From positions 682 to 64,681 of the forward strand of contig JBAUTB010000222.1 in the NCBI GenBank assembly GCA_049582005.1: a stretch of DNA of 64,000 nucleotides. The letters are read 5' to 3'. Positions within the stretch are counted from its first letter, which is position 1; the number at the start of each line of letters is the position of its first letter. Position numbers and translations under genes: made by a program. The notes beneath the pieces were generated by a model. That model was given only the letters and a program-made list of their open reading frames with translations, did no database searches and was not told where the DNA came from. This document shows positions 1-10,358 of this stretch, piece after piece. The stretch is from Gloeobacterales cyanobacterium. GTDB lineage: Bacteria > Cyanobacteriota > Cyanobacteriia > Gloeobacterales > PMM-0068.

Positions 1-940
1 TTATGATATTAACTGCCCCAGTAATTACCGTGAGCTGAAGAGAATCTCGTTCGGAAAAACCAACAGCCCGCCACAAAACGCTGCTGTAGTAAAAAATCAC
101 GTTGATCCCGACAAACTGCTGCAATACTGATAGACCTATTCCGATCCAAACAATCGGCAATAGCCTACCATTTTTGCCAAAAAGGTCAGACAATTTTGGC
201 TTACGCTCTTTATCTTTAAAAACAGTTTGCCGAATCTCTTCGATTTTTAACGAGACATCACCATCCAAAATCTTGGCAAGAACGATAGTAGCTTCCTGCT
301 CTCGCCCTTGAGCTACTAAATAACGGGGAGATTCAGGAATCGTAAGCACAGCTACACCGTAGAGCACGGCTGGAAAAGCTGCCGTCACAAACATCCAGCG
401 CCAAGCAGCTATCCCAAACAAAAATGGCAGTTCTGCTGAACCCGCTAAAACCGCAATAAAGTAGTCGCTTAGTAACGCAATGAATATCCCTGAGACGATC
501 GCCAGTTGCTGGAGCGATCCGAGCCTGCCCCGCATCCTAGCGGGCGAGCATTCTGCAATGTAAGCTGGTGCAATGACGCTGGCAACACCGACGGCAACGC
601 CGCCCAGTAGACGCCAAAAGATAAAGTCCCAAATGCTGAAGGCAAAGCCAGAGCCAAGAGCGCTGATGGTAAATAACCCCGCCGCGACCACCATTGCCTT
701 AACGCGACCATAACGGTCCGCAATCTGTCCAGCAAAGAAGGCCCCCAACGCGGACCCTACCAAAGCCAGAGATACAGCAAGTCCCGTCAGCCAGCTACTG
801 GCATTAAACGATTTCGTTAGCGCTATAACTGCGCCATTGATTACAGCCGTATCAAAACCGAATAAGAAGCCACCAAGAGCAGCAGCCCCAGAAATTAAGA
901 TGACGTAAACCGTGCCAGCTTTACGGGTTGTCGCAGCCAT
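1..940 (-). CDS. glcP: Sugar-porter family MFS transporter (GlcP-like glucose/fructose:H+ symporter); 3' end lies outside the window
   Basis: Missing from the ORF track because it runs off the window edge. Reverse-strand translation from the ATG at 940-938 gives MAATTRKAGTVYVILISGAAALGGFLFGFDTAVINGAV...GQIADRYGR...PESPRYLVAQG...LQQFVGINVIFYYSS. These are sugar-porter signature motifs, and the sequence is near-colinear with cyanobacterial GlcP as I remember it. Confidence 0.85.
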   Translation of the reverse strand, partial: MAATTRKAGTVYVILISGAAALGGFLFGFDTAVINGAVIALTKSFNASSWLTGLAVSLALVGSALGAFFAGQIADRYGRVKAMVVAAGLFTISALGSGFAFSIWDFIFWRLLGGVAVGVASVIAPAYIAECSPARMRGRLGSLQQLAIVSGIFIALLSDYFIAVLAGSAELPFLFGIAAWRWMFVTAAFPAVLYGVAVLTIPESPRYLVAQGREQEATIVLAKILDGDVSLKIEEIRQTVFKDKERKPKLSDLFGKNGRLLPIVWIGIGLSVLQQFVGINVIFYYSSVLWRAVGFSERDSLQLTVITGAVNII

Positions 941-1111
941 ACTTCTACTCGACGATCCCACATGACTCCACGATCGCGTATAACTACAGTTTGGTTCGTG
1001 CTTGTAAACAAACTCAACTATCCGAACGGAGGGAATTCTATAGACGGGAAGCCTCTTTCAAGCTTTTCTATATACCTACCCCTGTCCGAGGCGCTAAAAT
1101 ATTAGCTCCCT

Positions 1112-3055
1112 ATGGAAAAGCTACACCCCAAAACCGTTGAGATGGTCCGCCAAAGGGCGGATATCGTTGAGGTGGTCGCCGATAAGGTGGTGTTGCGCAA
1201 ATCAGGCCGAGATTTTAAAGGCTTGTGCCCGTTCCATGATGATAAGAGTCCCAGTTTTTACGTCAGCGCTAGTAAGGGCATTTATAAATGCTTTAGCTGT
1301 GGGGCGGCGGGCGACGTCTTTAAATTCGTTGCTGAAATTAATAAAGTTTCCTTTGCCGAAGCTGCCCTCGAACTGGCCCAGCGCTACCAGGTTCCCGTCC
1401 ATACGCTGCATCCAGAGAAAAAAGCAGAATTTGCACGGCAGCTTTCCCGGCAACAACAGCTGTTGGAAATCCTCCAGCAGGCTGCAGAGTTCTATAGCTA
1501 TGCTCTGCATAGTAAACCGGGTCGCCCAGCCCTTGAATATCTACATCAACGCAATATCAACGCAGAAACGATCCAGCAGTTTCAACTAGGTTATGCGCCC
1601 CAAGGGTGGCAAGCCCTCTATAGCTATCTAGTAGAGCAAAAGCGCTATCCAGTGCAACTGGTAGCGGAATGTGGCCTCATTCGTTCCCGCAATACGGGAG
1701 GGGGCTGGTACGACTACTTCCGCCATCGGTTGATGGTTCCTATTTGTAACGACCGAGGGCAGGTTGTAGCCTTTGGGGGGAGGAGCCTTGGAGAAGAACA
1801 GCCCAAGTATCTTAATTCTCCAGAGACGGAACTTTTTTCTAAGGGGCGTACCCTCTATGCGCTGCATCTCGCCAAGAATGGGATCAGCCGCAAAGATCAG
1901 GCGGTGGTGGTAGAAGGGTATTTTGATGCGATTGCCCTCCATCAAGCAGGCATCAAAAATGTGGTCGCTTCTCTTGGAACGGCCCTTACTCAAGACCAAG
2001 TCAAACTACTTTTGCGCTATACCGCTTCGAATCGAGTCATCCTTAATTTTGATGGAGATGTGGCCGGGAATAAGGCTACCCATCGGGCCTTGGAATCGGT
2101 TAAATCGCTTGCTGCCAGTATGGCCGTACAGTTTCGGATTCTGGTAGTCCCTGACGGCAAAGACCCCGATGAATTCCTCCGTCATCATGGTCCCCTTGAA
2201 TACGAAGCCCTCGTCAATCAGGCCAAACCGCTCCTGGATTGGCTTCTAGACCAAGCCTTTGTGGGTAAAAATCTCCGTCTGCCGGAGCATTTCAAAGCCT
2301 GTAGCGAACAAGTGGTAGCGCTCCTATCGGAATTGACAGACAACCTTAGCCGCGCTCAATATCTCCAGCACATGGCTGATCGTTTGGCGGAAGGGAACGG
2401 TCGTTTAGCCATACAGCTCGAAGAAGAATTACGTCGTCGGATTCGGGCTCTACGCTGGGGAGGCAATAAACCCCAAAAGTCAAAGCGCGGCATCGACCCA
2501 TCTACAGGCGGTTTAAAGCTCTCACAAGCCGAGTTTCAACTGCTCCAAATCTTCTTGAACTATCCCGAATATCGAGCAGATATCTTCCGAGGGCTAGAAG
2601 AAAGAGAACTAGAATTTTCAATCTCCCACCATCGTAAGCTTTGGCAAATCATTCTAGAACTACAGGAAGAACTAGAAGTCGATGCTGATTTAGTGGCAGC
2701 CCTCCGAGGTCGATGTGATGATCCTAACCTCAACGGTCAGTTGACAGAACTTTTGTGGATTAGCGAACTGGGACGAGTAGCCTTGATGCGTCCGAGTATG
2801 GTAGTACGGGCAGCTCTAGCCAATATGGAATTGGAGATCTGTCAGCGCAGCTATCGCCAATGGGTGCGCTACTGGGAAGATTGTTTAGAGCCCGAACAAG
2901 CTCGCTTCTATCAAGAAGAAATGCATAGAGAATATCAACGTATCAAGGATCTAGAAATACAGACCTTCCTCAGCTACGAAGAAATGGCTGCCCTTGCTGA
3001 TGATACACCTATCCTTGATGATGAGATGGACGAGCAAGAAGATATAGCCTTCTAG
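1112..3055 (+). CDS. dnaG: DNA primase DnaG
   Basis: 647-aa ORF. N-terminal CHC2 zinc finger (CPFHDDKSPSFYVS...YKCFSCG), followed by a Toprim region (VVVEGYFDAIAL, NFDGDVAG). Confidence 0.95.
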   Translation: MEKLHPKTVEMVRQRADIVEVVADKVVLRKSGRDFKGLCPFHDDKSPSFYVSASKGIYKCFSCGAAGDVFKFVAEINKVSFAEAALELAQRYQVPVHTLHPEKKAEFARQLSRQQQLLEILQQAAEFYSYALHSKPGRPALEYLHQRNINAETIQQFQLGYAPQGWQALYSYLVEQKRYPVQLVAECGLIRSRNTGGGWYDYFRHRLMVPICNDRGQVVAFGGRSLGEEQPKYLNSPETELFSKGRTLYALHLAKNGISRKDQAVVVEGYFDAIALHQAGIKNVVASLGTALTQDQVKLLLRYTASNRVILNFDGDVAGNKATHRALESVKSLAASMAVQFRILVVPDGKDPDEFLRHHGPLEYEALVNQAKPLLDWLLDQAFVGKNLRLPEHFKACSEQVVALLSELTDNLSRAQYLQHMADRLAEGNGRLAIQLEEELRRRIRALRWGGNKPQKSKRGIDPSTGGLKLSQAEFQLLQIFLNYPEYRADIFRGLEERELEFSISHHRKLWQIILELQEELEVDADLVAALRGRCDDPNLNGQLTELLWISELGRVALMRPSMVVRAALANMELEICQRSYRQWVRYWEDCLEPEQARFYQEEMHREYQRIKDLEIQTFLSYEEMAALADDTPILDDEMDEQEDIAF

Positions 3056-5220
3056 AGTTGACCATATTTCTTCGACCACCATAGACCTTTGGAAAGAAAA
3101 AAAGCTACGCCTTTGTGTTTTGTATTTTTTCTTTTTTCTGGATCGGAACAGCGCAGCATAGTTCTCTTTTCCCCTTCTGCATTGACGTAAGGATATTCCT
3201 CCAGCATCACTTTTTTGCATATGGGGCAAGGATATTGTGTTTTCAGAGAAGAAGGCTGTGGATTAGACGTATCTTCTGTCTTTGCACGTGGTTTCTGCCA
3301 TTCACGCTTGAAATCATTCCAGAAAAGCACAAGGTCACACGCTTCGCATTTCAGAAAATATTTCTTCTTCATTTTTTGAGAAGGAATTTTAGCCATAGCT
3401 TTTGTGCAGCTAGCGCAACGCACCCTAGATAATTCCACAGGTACCTCCGAAGACCAGGATCTTCTCGATAGGGCAACCACTTGTTGCTTTGCCCGAGATA
3501 AAGCTGGGTCCAGGTAGGTTTCATTCCAGTGGATTAACCATCGCTCCCAAGCTTCTTTGCCCTCAGATATTCGGTCCAAGGTAGACTCCATCTGTGCCGT
3601 AAATTCAGCCTCAACCAGTCCAGGGAAGTATTCAGCCAAGAGGCTATCTGCTTGCATACCAAGTTCAGTGGGAATTAGCACTTTCCCCGTAAGCGATACA
3701 TAGCCCCGCTCTAAAAGAGTTTTTCCTGCTACGGCATAGGTAGACGGCCTCCCTATTCCTTTGCGATCCATCTGTTGTACAAGTTTGGGTTCTGAATAAC
3801 GCGAGGGGGGCTGGGTCTGTTTTTTTTCACAAGCTGCATGGTGCAGAGACAGGGCTTGCCCTTGACGGACTGAGGGCAAACTCAGCGCCTGAGCTAAATC
3901 ATCCCAATAACGGGTATAGCCAGCAAATTCTACAACCATTCCCCGTGCTTCCCAGGTTACCTCTCCTGAGCGGGTGAGAATGCGGGTCTTGCGTAAACGA
4001 GCGGCAGCGACCAAACTCGCCACAGCCCGCCGCCAAATCAAGGAGTAGACTGCGTGCTGCTCCTCTGTTACATGGGGTTTCAATTGTTTGGGTGTTATGT
4101 TCACATCGCAGGGACGAATCGCCTCGTGGGCACCCTGGGCCCCGGCTTTATTCCGATGGGCGGTACCCTTTCGCTGGGGAAGATTTTTGGGATCATGCTG
4201 TTCGAGCCAGGTGCGCGTAGCTTCTACAAATTCGGAGGCCAGGGACACGCTATCCGTGCGCATATAGGTGATCAGGCCCTTAGGACCATCTCCTAAGTCA
4301 ACTCCTTGATAGAGCTTTTCTGCAATTTCCATTGTCCGTTCCGGCTTATATCCCAACTTGGCTCCTGCTACCTGTTGCAGACTGCTCGTGATCAGCGGAG
4401 GTGGGGGAGCTTTTGGCGTTATCTTTCCCTCCACCTGCACCACTTGATGACTTTGACTACGCGCTAAACGGACCAATCGTTCAGCCTCATCCTGGCTTAA
4501 GACCCGTGTCGATTCGGAGGTCTGGCTGAGTTTCACTTCGGTGGTATCATCGGGCTCATCCGCTGGGGCGATACGCTCTTGAGTATCCTGTTTAAAGTAG
4601 GCCCGCCAGGATTGTTCACCCTCCAGGTAATCAACCCAGACGTTCCAGTAGGTTTGCGGTTTGAATGCCTGAATTTCCCTTTCTCGCGCACATAAAAGGT
4701 GGAGTGCAGCGGATTGGACTCTTCCAGCACTAGGGGCTTGAATGGTTTGCTGTAAAAGCGGGCTTAGCTTAAAACCAACTAAACGGTCCAAGCATTGACG
4801 CCCTTGCTGCGCTTTTACCTTGTTTTCATCGATCTTTCTGGGATGAGCAAGCGCCCTCTGCACCGCTTCTTGGGTGATTTCGGCAAAGGTAATGCGCTGC
4901 GGATTCCTCAGTCCCAGGGTCTTGGCTAGATGCCAGGAAATGGCTTCTCCCTCCCGGTCTGGGTCCGTGGCCAGGAAGACCTTGTCGGCTCTTCTAACAG
5001 CAGTTTTAATGCGTTCTACAGCACTCTTTCCCCGCTCACCATTCCATTCATAATGGCAATCAATCGTCTGCCCCTGGATCACAAAACCCAAGTTCCCCGG
5101 CCCGTCTTTAGCCAGTTGCCTAACATGTCCTCCAGAGGCTTGAATCTCCCAGCCTGCCCCAAGGATTTTTTTAAGGGTCTCTTTTTTCCCTCCAGATTCA
5201 ATGATGAGAAGGTTACCCAT
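3052..5220 (-). CDS. Type IA DNA topoisomerase with an atypical Toprim motif and C-terminal Cys4 zinc ribbons
   Basis: 722-aa ORF. Toprim region (LLIIESGGKKETL...ATDPDREGE) and catalytic-Tyr motif (GLITYMRTDS). C-terminal CxxC...CxxC pairs (CASCTK..CEACD; CPICKK...). Its stop codon shares the palindrome CTAG at 3052-3055 with the dnaG stop. Confidence 0.85.
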   Translation of the reverse strand: MGNLLIIESGGKKETLKKILGAGWEIQASGGHVRQLAKDGPGNLGFVIQGQTIDCHYEWNGERGKSAVERIKTAVRRADKVFLATDPDREGEAISWHLAKTLGLRNPQRITFAEITQEAVQRALAHPRKIDENKVKAQQGRQCLDRLVGFKLSPLLQQTIQAPSAGRVQSAALHLLCAREREIQAFKPQTYWNVWVDYLEGEQSWRAYFKQDTQERIAPADEPDDTTEVKLSQTSESTRVLSQDEAERLVRLARSQSHQVVQVEGKITPKAPPPPLITSSLQQVAGAKLGYKPERTMEIAEKLYQGVDLGDGPKGLITYMRTDSVSLASEFVEATRTWLEQHDPKNLPQRKGTAHRNKAGAQGAHEAIRPCDVNITPKQLKPHVTEEQHAVYSLIWRRAVASLVAAARLRKTRILTRSGEVTWEARGMVVEFAGYTRYWDDLAQALSLPSVRQGQALSLHHAACEKKQTQPPSRYSEPKLVQQMDRKGIGRPSTYAVAGKTLLERGYVSLTGKVLIPTELGMQADSLLAEYFPGLVEAEFTAQMESTLDRISEGKEAWERWLIHWNETYLDPALSRAKQQVVALSRRSWSSEVPVELSRVRCASCTKAMAKIPSQKMKKKYFLKCEACDLVLFWNDFKREWQKPRAKTEDTSNPQPSSLKTQYPCPICKKVMLEEYPYVNAEGEKRTMLRCSDPEKRKNTKHKGVAFFLSKGLWWSKKYGQL

Positions 5221-5259
5221 GACAGCCTCTATATGCAGACAAATCGTTTCAGAACAGAT

Positions 5260-6660
5260 TCAATTGGAAGCATCCACCGCCCCCGGTAAGGCCACGATCA
5301 AAGCTTCCAAAAGTTTACTAACCGGGGTTAACTGCATGCCAAAGGATGGACCCCCATAGCCTCTGGGCACTACCGCGCGGGTAAAGCCTAGCTTGGCTGC
5401 TTCTTTCAGTCTCAATTCCACCTGGGAAACAGCCCGCACTTGGCCGCCTAACCCGACTTCACCAATTAAAACAGTATTCGGGTCTACCACCCGGTCACGG
5501 AAGCTCGCCGCAATCGCCACCGCCACCCCCAAGTCTGCGGCAGGTTCTGCCACATTCAGTCCTCCCGCTGAAGCGACATAGGCATCCAACTTTGATAGAG
5601 GAATGCCCACACGCTTTTCTAAGACGGCAAGGATTTGCAAAAATCGGTTGGTTTCAATACCGGTACAGGTACGGCGGGGCGAACCATAGCTGGTTGGACT
5701 GACCAGCGCTTGCAGTTCTACCACCAGAGGTCGCGTACCCTCACAAGCGACAATGGCAGCCGTCCCAGGATTACTGTCCTCCCTAGAAGAAAGAAACAGC
5801 TCAGAAGGATTTTCTACTTCTATCAGCCCCCGATCGGCCATTTCGAAGACCCCAACTTCCTGTGTCGCCCCAAAACGGTTTTTGACCGAACGCAATAAAC
5901 GATACGATTGGAACTGTTCCCCCTCAAAATAAAGCACCGTATCGACCAAGTGTTCCAAGACTCTAGGGCCGGCGAGGGTTCCCTCTTTGGTGACATGGCC
6001 GACGATAAAGAGGGTGATGTTTTCCCGTTTAGCAACCCGCATCAGGGCTGCGGTACATTCCCGCACCTGAGACACAGATCCCGGCGCTGAAGACAAAGCC
6101 CCAAAATAGACCGCCTGGATACTATCAATCATTGCTACCTGGGGCCGGAGATGTTCCAGTTCTAGCAAAACCTGTTCTAAATCAGTTTCGGCCAAAAGAT
6201 AAAGAGATGAACCTTCACTGAGCAGACGGTCGGCCCTCAGCTTGATTTGCCGCGCTGATTCCTCCGCTGAAACATAGAGCACTCGCTGCTGTTGACTGAG
6301 TAGCTGGGCGGTTTGGAGCAACAGGGTAGATTTGCCAATCCCAGGGTCACCTCCAATTAGCACCAAAGACCCAGGAACAATGCCACCCCCCAAAACTCGG
6401 TCTAGTTCTGCATAACCAGAAGGTAGGCGAAACTCTGCCGTTTCTTCCACCAAACTAAGCGGAATCGAGTACAAAGGCTGGGCTGGAGCATCCTTAACTG
6501 CTTTGCTGGTGCGTTGACCGGGGCGGGGCACGGCGGGAACCTGCTCTACGACTTGCTCTGTAAAGCTATTCCAAGCCCCACACTCAGGACATTTGCCCAG
6601 CCATTTGGGAGAATCAGCTCCACAGGCACTGCAGGTGAAATGGGTCTTTAATTTGGCCAT
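5260..6660 (-). CDS. radA: DNA repair protein RadA/Sms
   Basis: The ORF extends to 6774. The conserved N-terminus starts at the internal Met (ATG at 6660): MAKLKTHFTCSACGADSPKWLGKCPECGAWNSF (zinc ribbon). Also has Walker A GDPGIGKST, the KNRFG motif and a Lon-like C-terminal region. Confidence 0.93.
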   Translation of the reverse strand: MAKLKTHFTCSACGADSPKWLGKCPECGAWNSFTEQVVEQVPAVPRPGQRTSKAVKDAPAQPLYSIPLSLVEETAEFRLPSGYAELDRVLGGGIVPGSLVLIGGDPGIGKSTLLLQTAQLLSQQQRVLYVSAEESARQIKLRADRLLSEGSSLYLLAETDLEQVLLELEHLRPQVAMIDSIQAVYFGALSSAPGSVSQVRECTAALMRVAKRENITLFIVGHVTKEGTLAGPRVLEHLVDTVLYFEGEQFQSYRLLRSVKNRFGATQEVGVFEMADRGLIEVENPSELFLSSREDSNPGTAAIVACEGTRPLVVELQALVSPTSYGSPRRTCTGIETNRFLQILAVLEKRVGIPLSKLDAYVASAGGLNVAEPAADLGVAVAIAASFRDRVVDPNTVLIGEVGLGGQVRAVSQVELRLKEAAKLGFTRAVVPRGYGGPSFGMQLTPVSKLLEALIVALPGAVDASN

Positions 6661-6971
6661 TTCCAAGGGATGACAGAGACCTCCCGATTGTAACCCTGGG
6701 CTTATTGCATTCTTAACAGACGTAGTATATTGGGTATCCACCCGCACCTTTCCAATTTTTCTAGGGCATAGCAAGTAAAAATCAACGCTATATCCTGTCC
6801 AATTGAAAAACAGGCTTAGGTGACTAAGTATTTATACCCTGTCTGGAAATATTAGCGGAATCAATTTCTCCCTGTTCCGTTGTTCAAGTGCTTAAAGTGT
6901 TTTTGGTTACAGTTTTAAAGTTTTGACTGAAAGATTCTCTCTAACCCTCTTTCTCTATATGCTTGAGGCCA

Positions 6972-6999
6972 TTGACACAATCGTATAGGGTGCTATTTA
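6972..6999 (+). promoter_or_regulatory. Candidate sigma70-type promoter for the S1-domain gene
   Basis: TTGACA (6972-6977), 16 nt, then TATTTA (6994-6999), about 110 nt upstream of the GTG start at 7110. It lies in the 335-nt divergent intergenic region. Confidence 0.4.
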
Positions 7000-7109
7000 C
7001 GGGTCTTCAAAACAAAAAAAATAGATGTAAATTCTAAAAAAGGGAAAAGCCTCTAGTAGAAGAGGATATGATCAGAATTAATTTAAACAGATGAAATTGG
7101 GTCTTTGCC

Positions 7110-8495
7110 GTGAATTATTCTTCAACCGAAAACGAACCACTCGTAACATTCACAGCAGAGCTGGAATCAACCCCCGCCCTCCCAGAGGATTCTTCGGGTG
7201 ATCTGGCAGAAGCACACGCTGCTGAACTATCAGTAGTTGCTGCTGAGGGAACAGACGTTCCGAGCGAAGCCAAAGCTCCCGTTGAATCAGAGTCCGCAGA
7301 GTTCCCACAAGAAACAGACGGCGCAATAGTAGAAGCTGAAGGCATTCCAGAAGAAGCTCCAAAGCCTGAGAACACGGTTGTTGCAGTAGATTCAGAGGTC
7401 GGCGAAGATGTAGTCGCAGTCATGGAGTCAGCCCCCACAGATGCGCACTCAGAGACAGGCGAAGCCAATGTCCCTGAAGCGAAGACCGAAGCACCGAAGG
7501 CTAAAGCAAGAAAATCTAAACTTCCTCCGATCAATCCTGAAGAAGGAGCGATTGTGGATGGGGTTGTGCGGAAATTGGTAGATTTTGGGGCTTTCGTGGA
7601 TATTGGGGCGGAAATGGATGGCCTCATGCACATTTCAGAAATGTCCTGGGACCGAGTTGCAAAGCCGCAAGATGTCCTGAAAGTTGGACAGAAGATCAAA
7701 ACGAAAATTATTAAGCTTGAGGGTGGAGACAAAAAGCGGATTGGTTTAAGCCTCAAGCAAGCCACAGAGAATCCGTGGAGCCTTGTTGGCACAGAATTCC
7801 AAGTGGGCGGACGCTATAAAGGCAAGGTGACCCGTATTACGGACTTTGGTGCCTTTGTGGAACTGGTCACAGGGCTAGAAGGACTTCTTCATAGCAGTGA
7901 ATTTTCTTGGGCTCAGCGTAATGCTAATCCTAAGGATTTTGTCAAAGAGGGAGACGAAATCGAAGTCGTTCTGATCTCTGCTGATCCCAACAAACGCCGT
8001 ATGGCTTTGAGCCGCAAGCAATTACAAGCAGACCCTTGGGCTAGTTCCGAGGAACGCTACACCCCCGGACAGACCGTCGAAGTGACTGTCCAAGAAGTGG
8101 TGGACTTCGGGACCTTCTGTGAAGTTGAGGAAGGCATGGTAGCCCTCCTCCCTAACCCTGAACTGACGAACCACAAGGAACCCCTGAAGGCAGGAGAAAA
8201 GCTGTCCGTCAAGGTCTTAGACGTAGATGCTAAACGTCGTCGGATGCGCTTAAGCCAACGGGCACTTGTCCCAAGCTCCAGCAGCGGTGCCCCATCTACC
8301 GAAACCCGTGAGATGCACAGAGGTCCCAGCCGCTCCAAAAAGCCACCAGCCCCTAGCCGTTCTGGTTCAGCAGCTTCTGGAAAATCCAGGGGGCCGAAGT
8401 CTACGACTTCTGTTTCATCTACATCCACTGGATTAGAAGGGCTGAGTGTTCTTGGTCAGGCACTTAAACAAGCTGGCTTTGACGTCTCTGAATAA
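7110..8495 (+). CDS. S1 RNA-binding domain protein (ribosomal protein S1-like), acidic N-terminus and basic Ser-rich C-terminus
   Basis: 461-aa ORF with a GTG start. Four repeats of the S1 pattern (G.IV.G.V....DFGAFV....GL.H.SE.S). A low-complexity E/A-rich segment of about 150 aa precedes them. Confidence 0.85.
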   Translation: MNYSSTENEPLVTFTAELESTPALPEDSSGDLAEAHAAELSVVAAEGTDVPSEAKAPVESESAEFPQETDGAIVEAEGIPEEAPKPENTVVAVDSEVGEDVVAVMESAPTDAHSETGEANVPEAKTEAPKAKARKSKLPPINPEEGAIVDGVVRKLVDFGAFVDIGAEMDGLMHISEMSWDRVAKPQDVLKVGQKIKTKIIKLEGGDKKRIGLSLKQATENPWSLVGTEFQVGGRYKGKVTRITDFGAFVELVTGLEGLLHSSEFSWAQRNANPKDFVKEGDEIEVVLISADPNKRRMALSRKQLQADPWASSEERYTPGQTVEVTVQEVVDFGTFCEVEEGMVALLPNPELTNHKEPLKAGEKLSVKVLDVDAKRRRMRLSQRALVPSSSSGAPSTETREMHRGPSRSKKPPAPSRSGSAASGKSRGPKSTTSVSSTSTGLEGLSVLGQALKQAGFDVSE

Positions 8496-8633
8496 CTTTG
8501 AGCTTGTGCTTATGGATACAGGGTCTCCGCGATCCTGCGGATATTTTGCGCAAGAAAAATCTCTGTCTCTTATACTTGATATGAAGGTTTGTAAGTAACT
8601 TATGCAACCTTTCATAACAAACTTAAATTTACT

Positions 8634-10322
8634 GTGAAGCAAACCACCCTCGAGAAACTCAAACGCTATGACTACGCAGCCATTGCTCGTCACTATCGTC
8701 AAAGGCCCTGGTTGCCTGTATTTCGTGCCCTGCAGGTGTTCTGGTGGTTTGCAGGATTTGCACTCGGGGTATGGTTCGATTTAAAAAAAGGTCAAGAAGA
8801 ACAAAATCGTCCCCGCCGGGCTATTCAGCTTCGGGAGATTATTACCAAGTTAGGCCCAGGAACCATCAAAATTGGTCAAGCGCTATCCACAAGGCCCGAT
8901 CTGATTCCTGCAGCCTATATGGAAGAATTGACCATTCTCCAAGACCAGCTGCCTCCTTTTGACAATGCGATGGCTTTTGCCTGTATCAAAGAACAGCTTG
9001 GGAAAGATCCCCAAGAAATCTATGCTGAATTTAGTCCTGAGCCCGTAGCTGCTGCTTCTCTCGGTCAAGTTTACAAGGCCAAGCTTAAAAGTGGTGAAGT
9101 TGTCGCCGTTAAAGTGCAGCGACCCAACCTAGTACGTTCGCTCACGCTGGATCTGTTTGTTTTACGCTGGGCCGCTGGATGGATTGCGCCCTATCTTCCC
9201 TTGAACCTTGGCCATGACCTTAGCCTGATTGTGGATGAGTTTGGAAATAAGCTTTTTGAAGAGATTGACTATCAACAAGAAGGGCGTAACTGCAATCGTT
9301 TTGCAGAATATTTCAAAAATGATTCCAGGATCTATGCGCCTAAAATTTATTGGGAATATTCTGCCCGTAGAGTACTGACCCTAGAGTGGATTGATGGTAT
9401 CAAACTCAATGATATAGATGCCATTCGCAAAGCAGGGCTGAGCACCGACAATCTAATCCGGCTTGGTGTGGAATCAGGGCTCAAGCAGCTGTTAGAATTC
9501 GGCTTCTTCCATGCAGATCCCCATCCAGGAAACCTTTTCGCCTTGCGAGATGGGCGTATGGCTTATATTGACTTCGGGATGATGGACCAATTACCTGAGT
9601 CACTCAAAGAAGGCTTAATTGATGCCTTAGTGCATCTGCTGAATAAAGATTATGACGAGTTGGCCGAATCCTTTAAAGCACTTGGTTTCCTTGCCCCTGA
9701 AGTGGATATCAGTCCGATTGTGCCAGCTTTGGAAAGAGTCTTAGGGGATATTTTGGGAGCGAAAGTTTCTGAATTTAATATCAAGACTATTACAGACCAA
9801 TTCTCTGAATTAATGTTTGATTATCCTTTCCGAGTCCCCGCTCAGTTTGCCTTAATCATTCGTTCACTGGTCACACAAGAAGGGGTAGCCCTTTCCCTAG
9901 ACCCTGAATTTAGCTTGGTCAGCATTGGTTATCCCTATGTAGCCCGTCGATTACTAACCGATGAGTCTCCTCGTCTACGGGAGCGGTTATTGAGAATCTT
10001 GTTTAAGCATGGACGCTTCCAGTGGCATCGTTTGGAGAACCTGCTGCGTATTGCTGGAGAGGGCGCCGCTGATAATGAGATAGACCTTATCCCCTCTGCC
10101 CAACTTGCCTTCCAGTATTTGACGAGCGAGGAAGGAGGATTCATCCGGGAGCAGGTCGTGAATGCCTTTACGGAAGGGGACCAGTTGCATACGCGCGAAG
10201 TTACGCGTCTATGGAAACTAATCCGTCCTCAAATTCAACCACAGCGTTTGGTCACGAGCCTCTTCACAGGAGTAGTCGATCAAGCACGTAAGCGTGTAAC
10301 GGCTGCCGTTTTACCTCGATAA
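8634..10322 (+). CDS. ABC1/AarF/UbiB-family atypical kinase
   Basis: 562-aa ORF with a GTG start. ABC1 motifs: IKIGQALSTRPDLIP, AAASLGQVYKA, VAVKVQRP, FFHADPHPGNL, IDFGMM. Confidence 0.9.
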   Translation: MKQTTLEKLKRYDYAAIARHYRQRPWLPVFRALQVFWWFAGFALGVWFDLKKGQEEQNRPRRAIQLREIITKLGPGTIKIGQALSTRPDLIPAAYMEELTILQDQLPPFDNAMAFACIKEQLGKDPQEIYAEFSPEPVAAASLGQVYKAKLKSGEVVAVKVQRPNLVRSLTLDLFVLRWAAGWIAPYLPLNLGHDLSLIVDEFGNKLFEEIDYQQEGRNCNRFAEYFKNDSRIYAPKIYWEYSARRVLTLEWIDGIKLNDIDAIRKAGLSTDNLIRLGVESGLKQLLEFGFFHADPHPGNLFALRDGRMAYIDFGMMDQLPESLKEGLIDALVHLLNKDYDELAESFKALGFLAPEVDISPIVPALERVLGDILGAKVSEFNIKTITDQFSELMFDYPFRVPAQFALIIRSLVTQEGVALSLDPEFSLVSIGYPYVARRLLTDESPRLRERLLRILFKHGRFQWHRLENLLRIAGEGAADNEIDLIPSAQLAFQYLTSEEGGFIREQVVNAFTEGDQLHTREVTRLWKLIRPQIQPQRLVTSLFTGVVDQARKRVTAAVLPR

Positions 10323-10358
10323 CATATTACACTGAGGTCTAGCTTTTTCAGGCAAGCT

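Noticed and set aside
1137-1999. Alternative-frame and antisense ORFs overlapping dnaG (1137-1589 on plus; 1202-1510 and 1628-1999 on minus).
   Set aside because: The dnaG frame has the zinc-finger and Toprim motifs throughout. The overlapping ORFs have no motifs and no independent ribosome-binding sites.
7115-7792. 225-aa ORF antisense to the S1-domain gene, together with the shorter antisense ORFs at 7150-7362 and 7449-7631.
   Set aside because: It mirrors the low-complexity acidic region of the sense gene, so its product is a Ser/Thr/Ala-rich string with no motifs. The sense frame carries four clear S1 domains.
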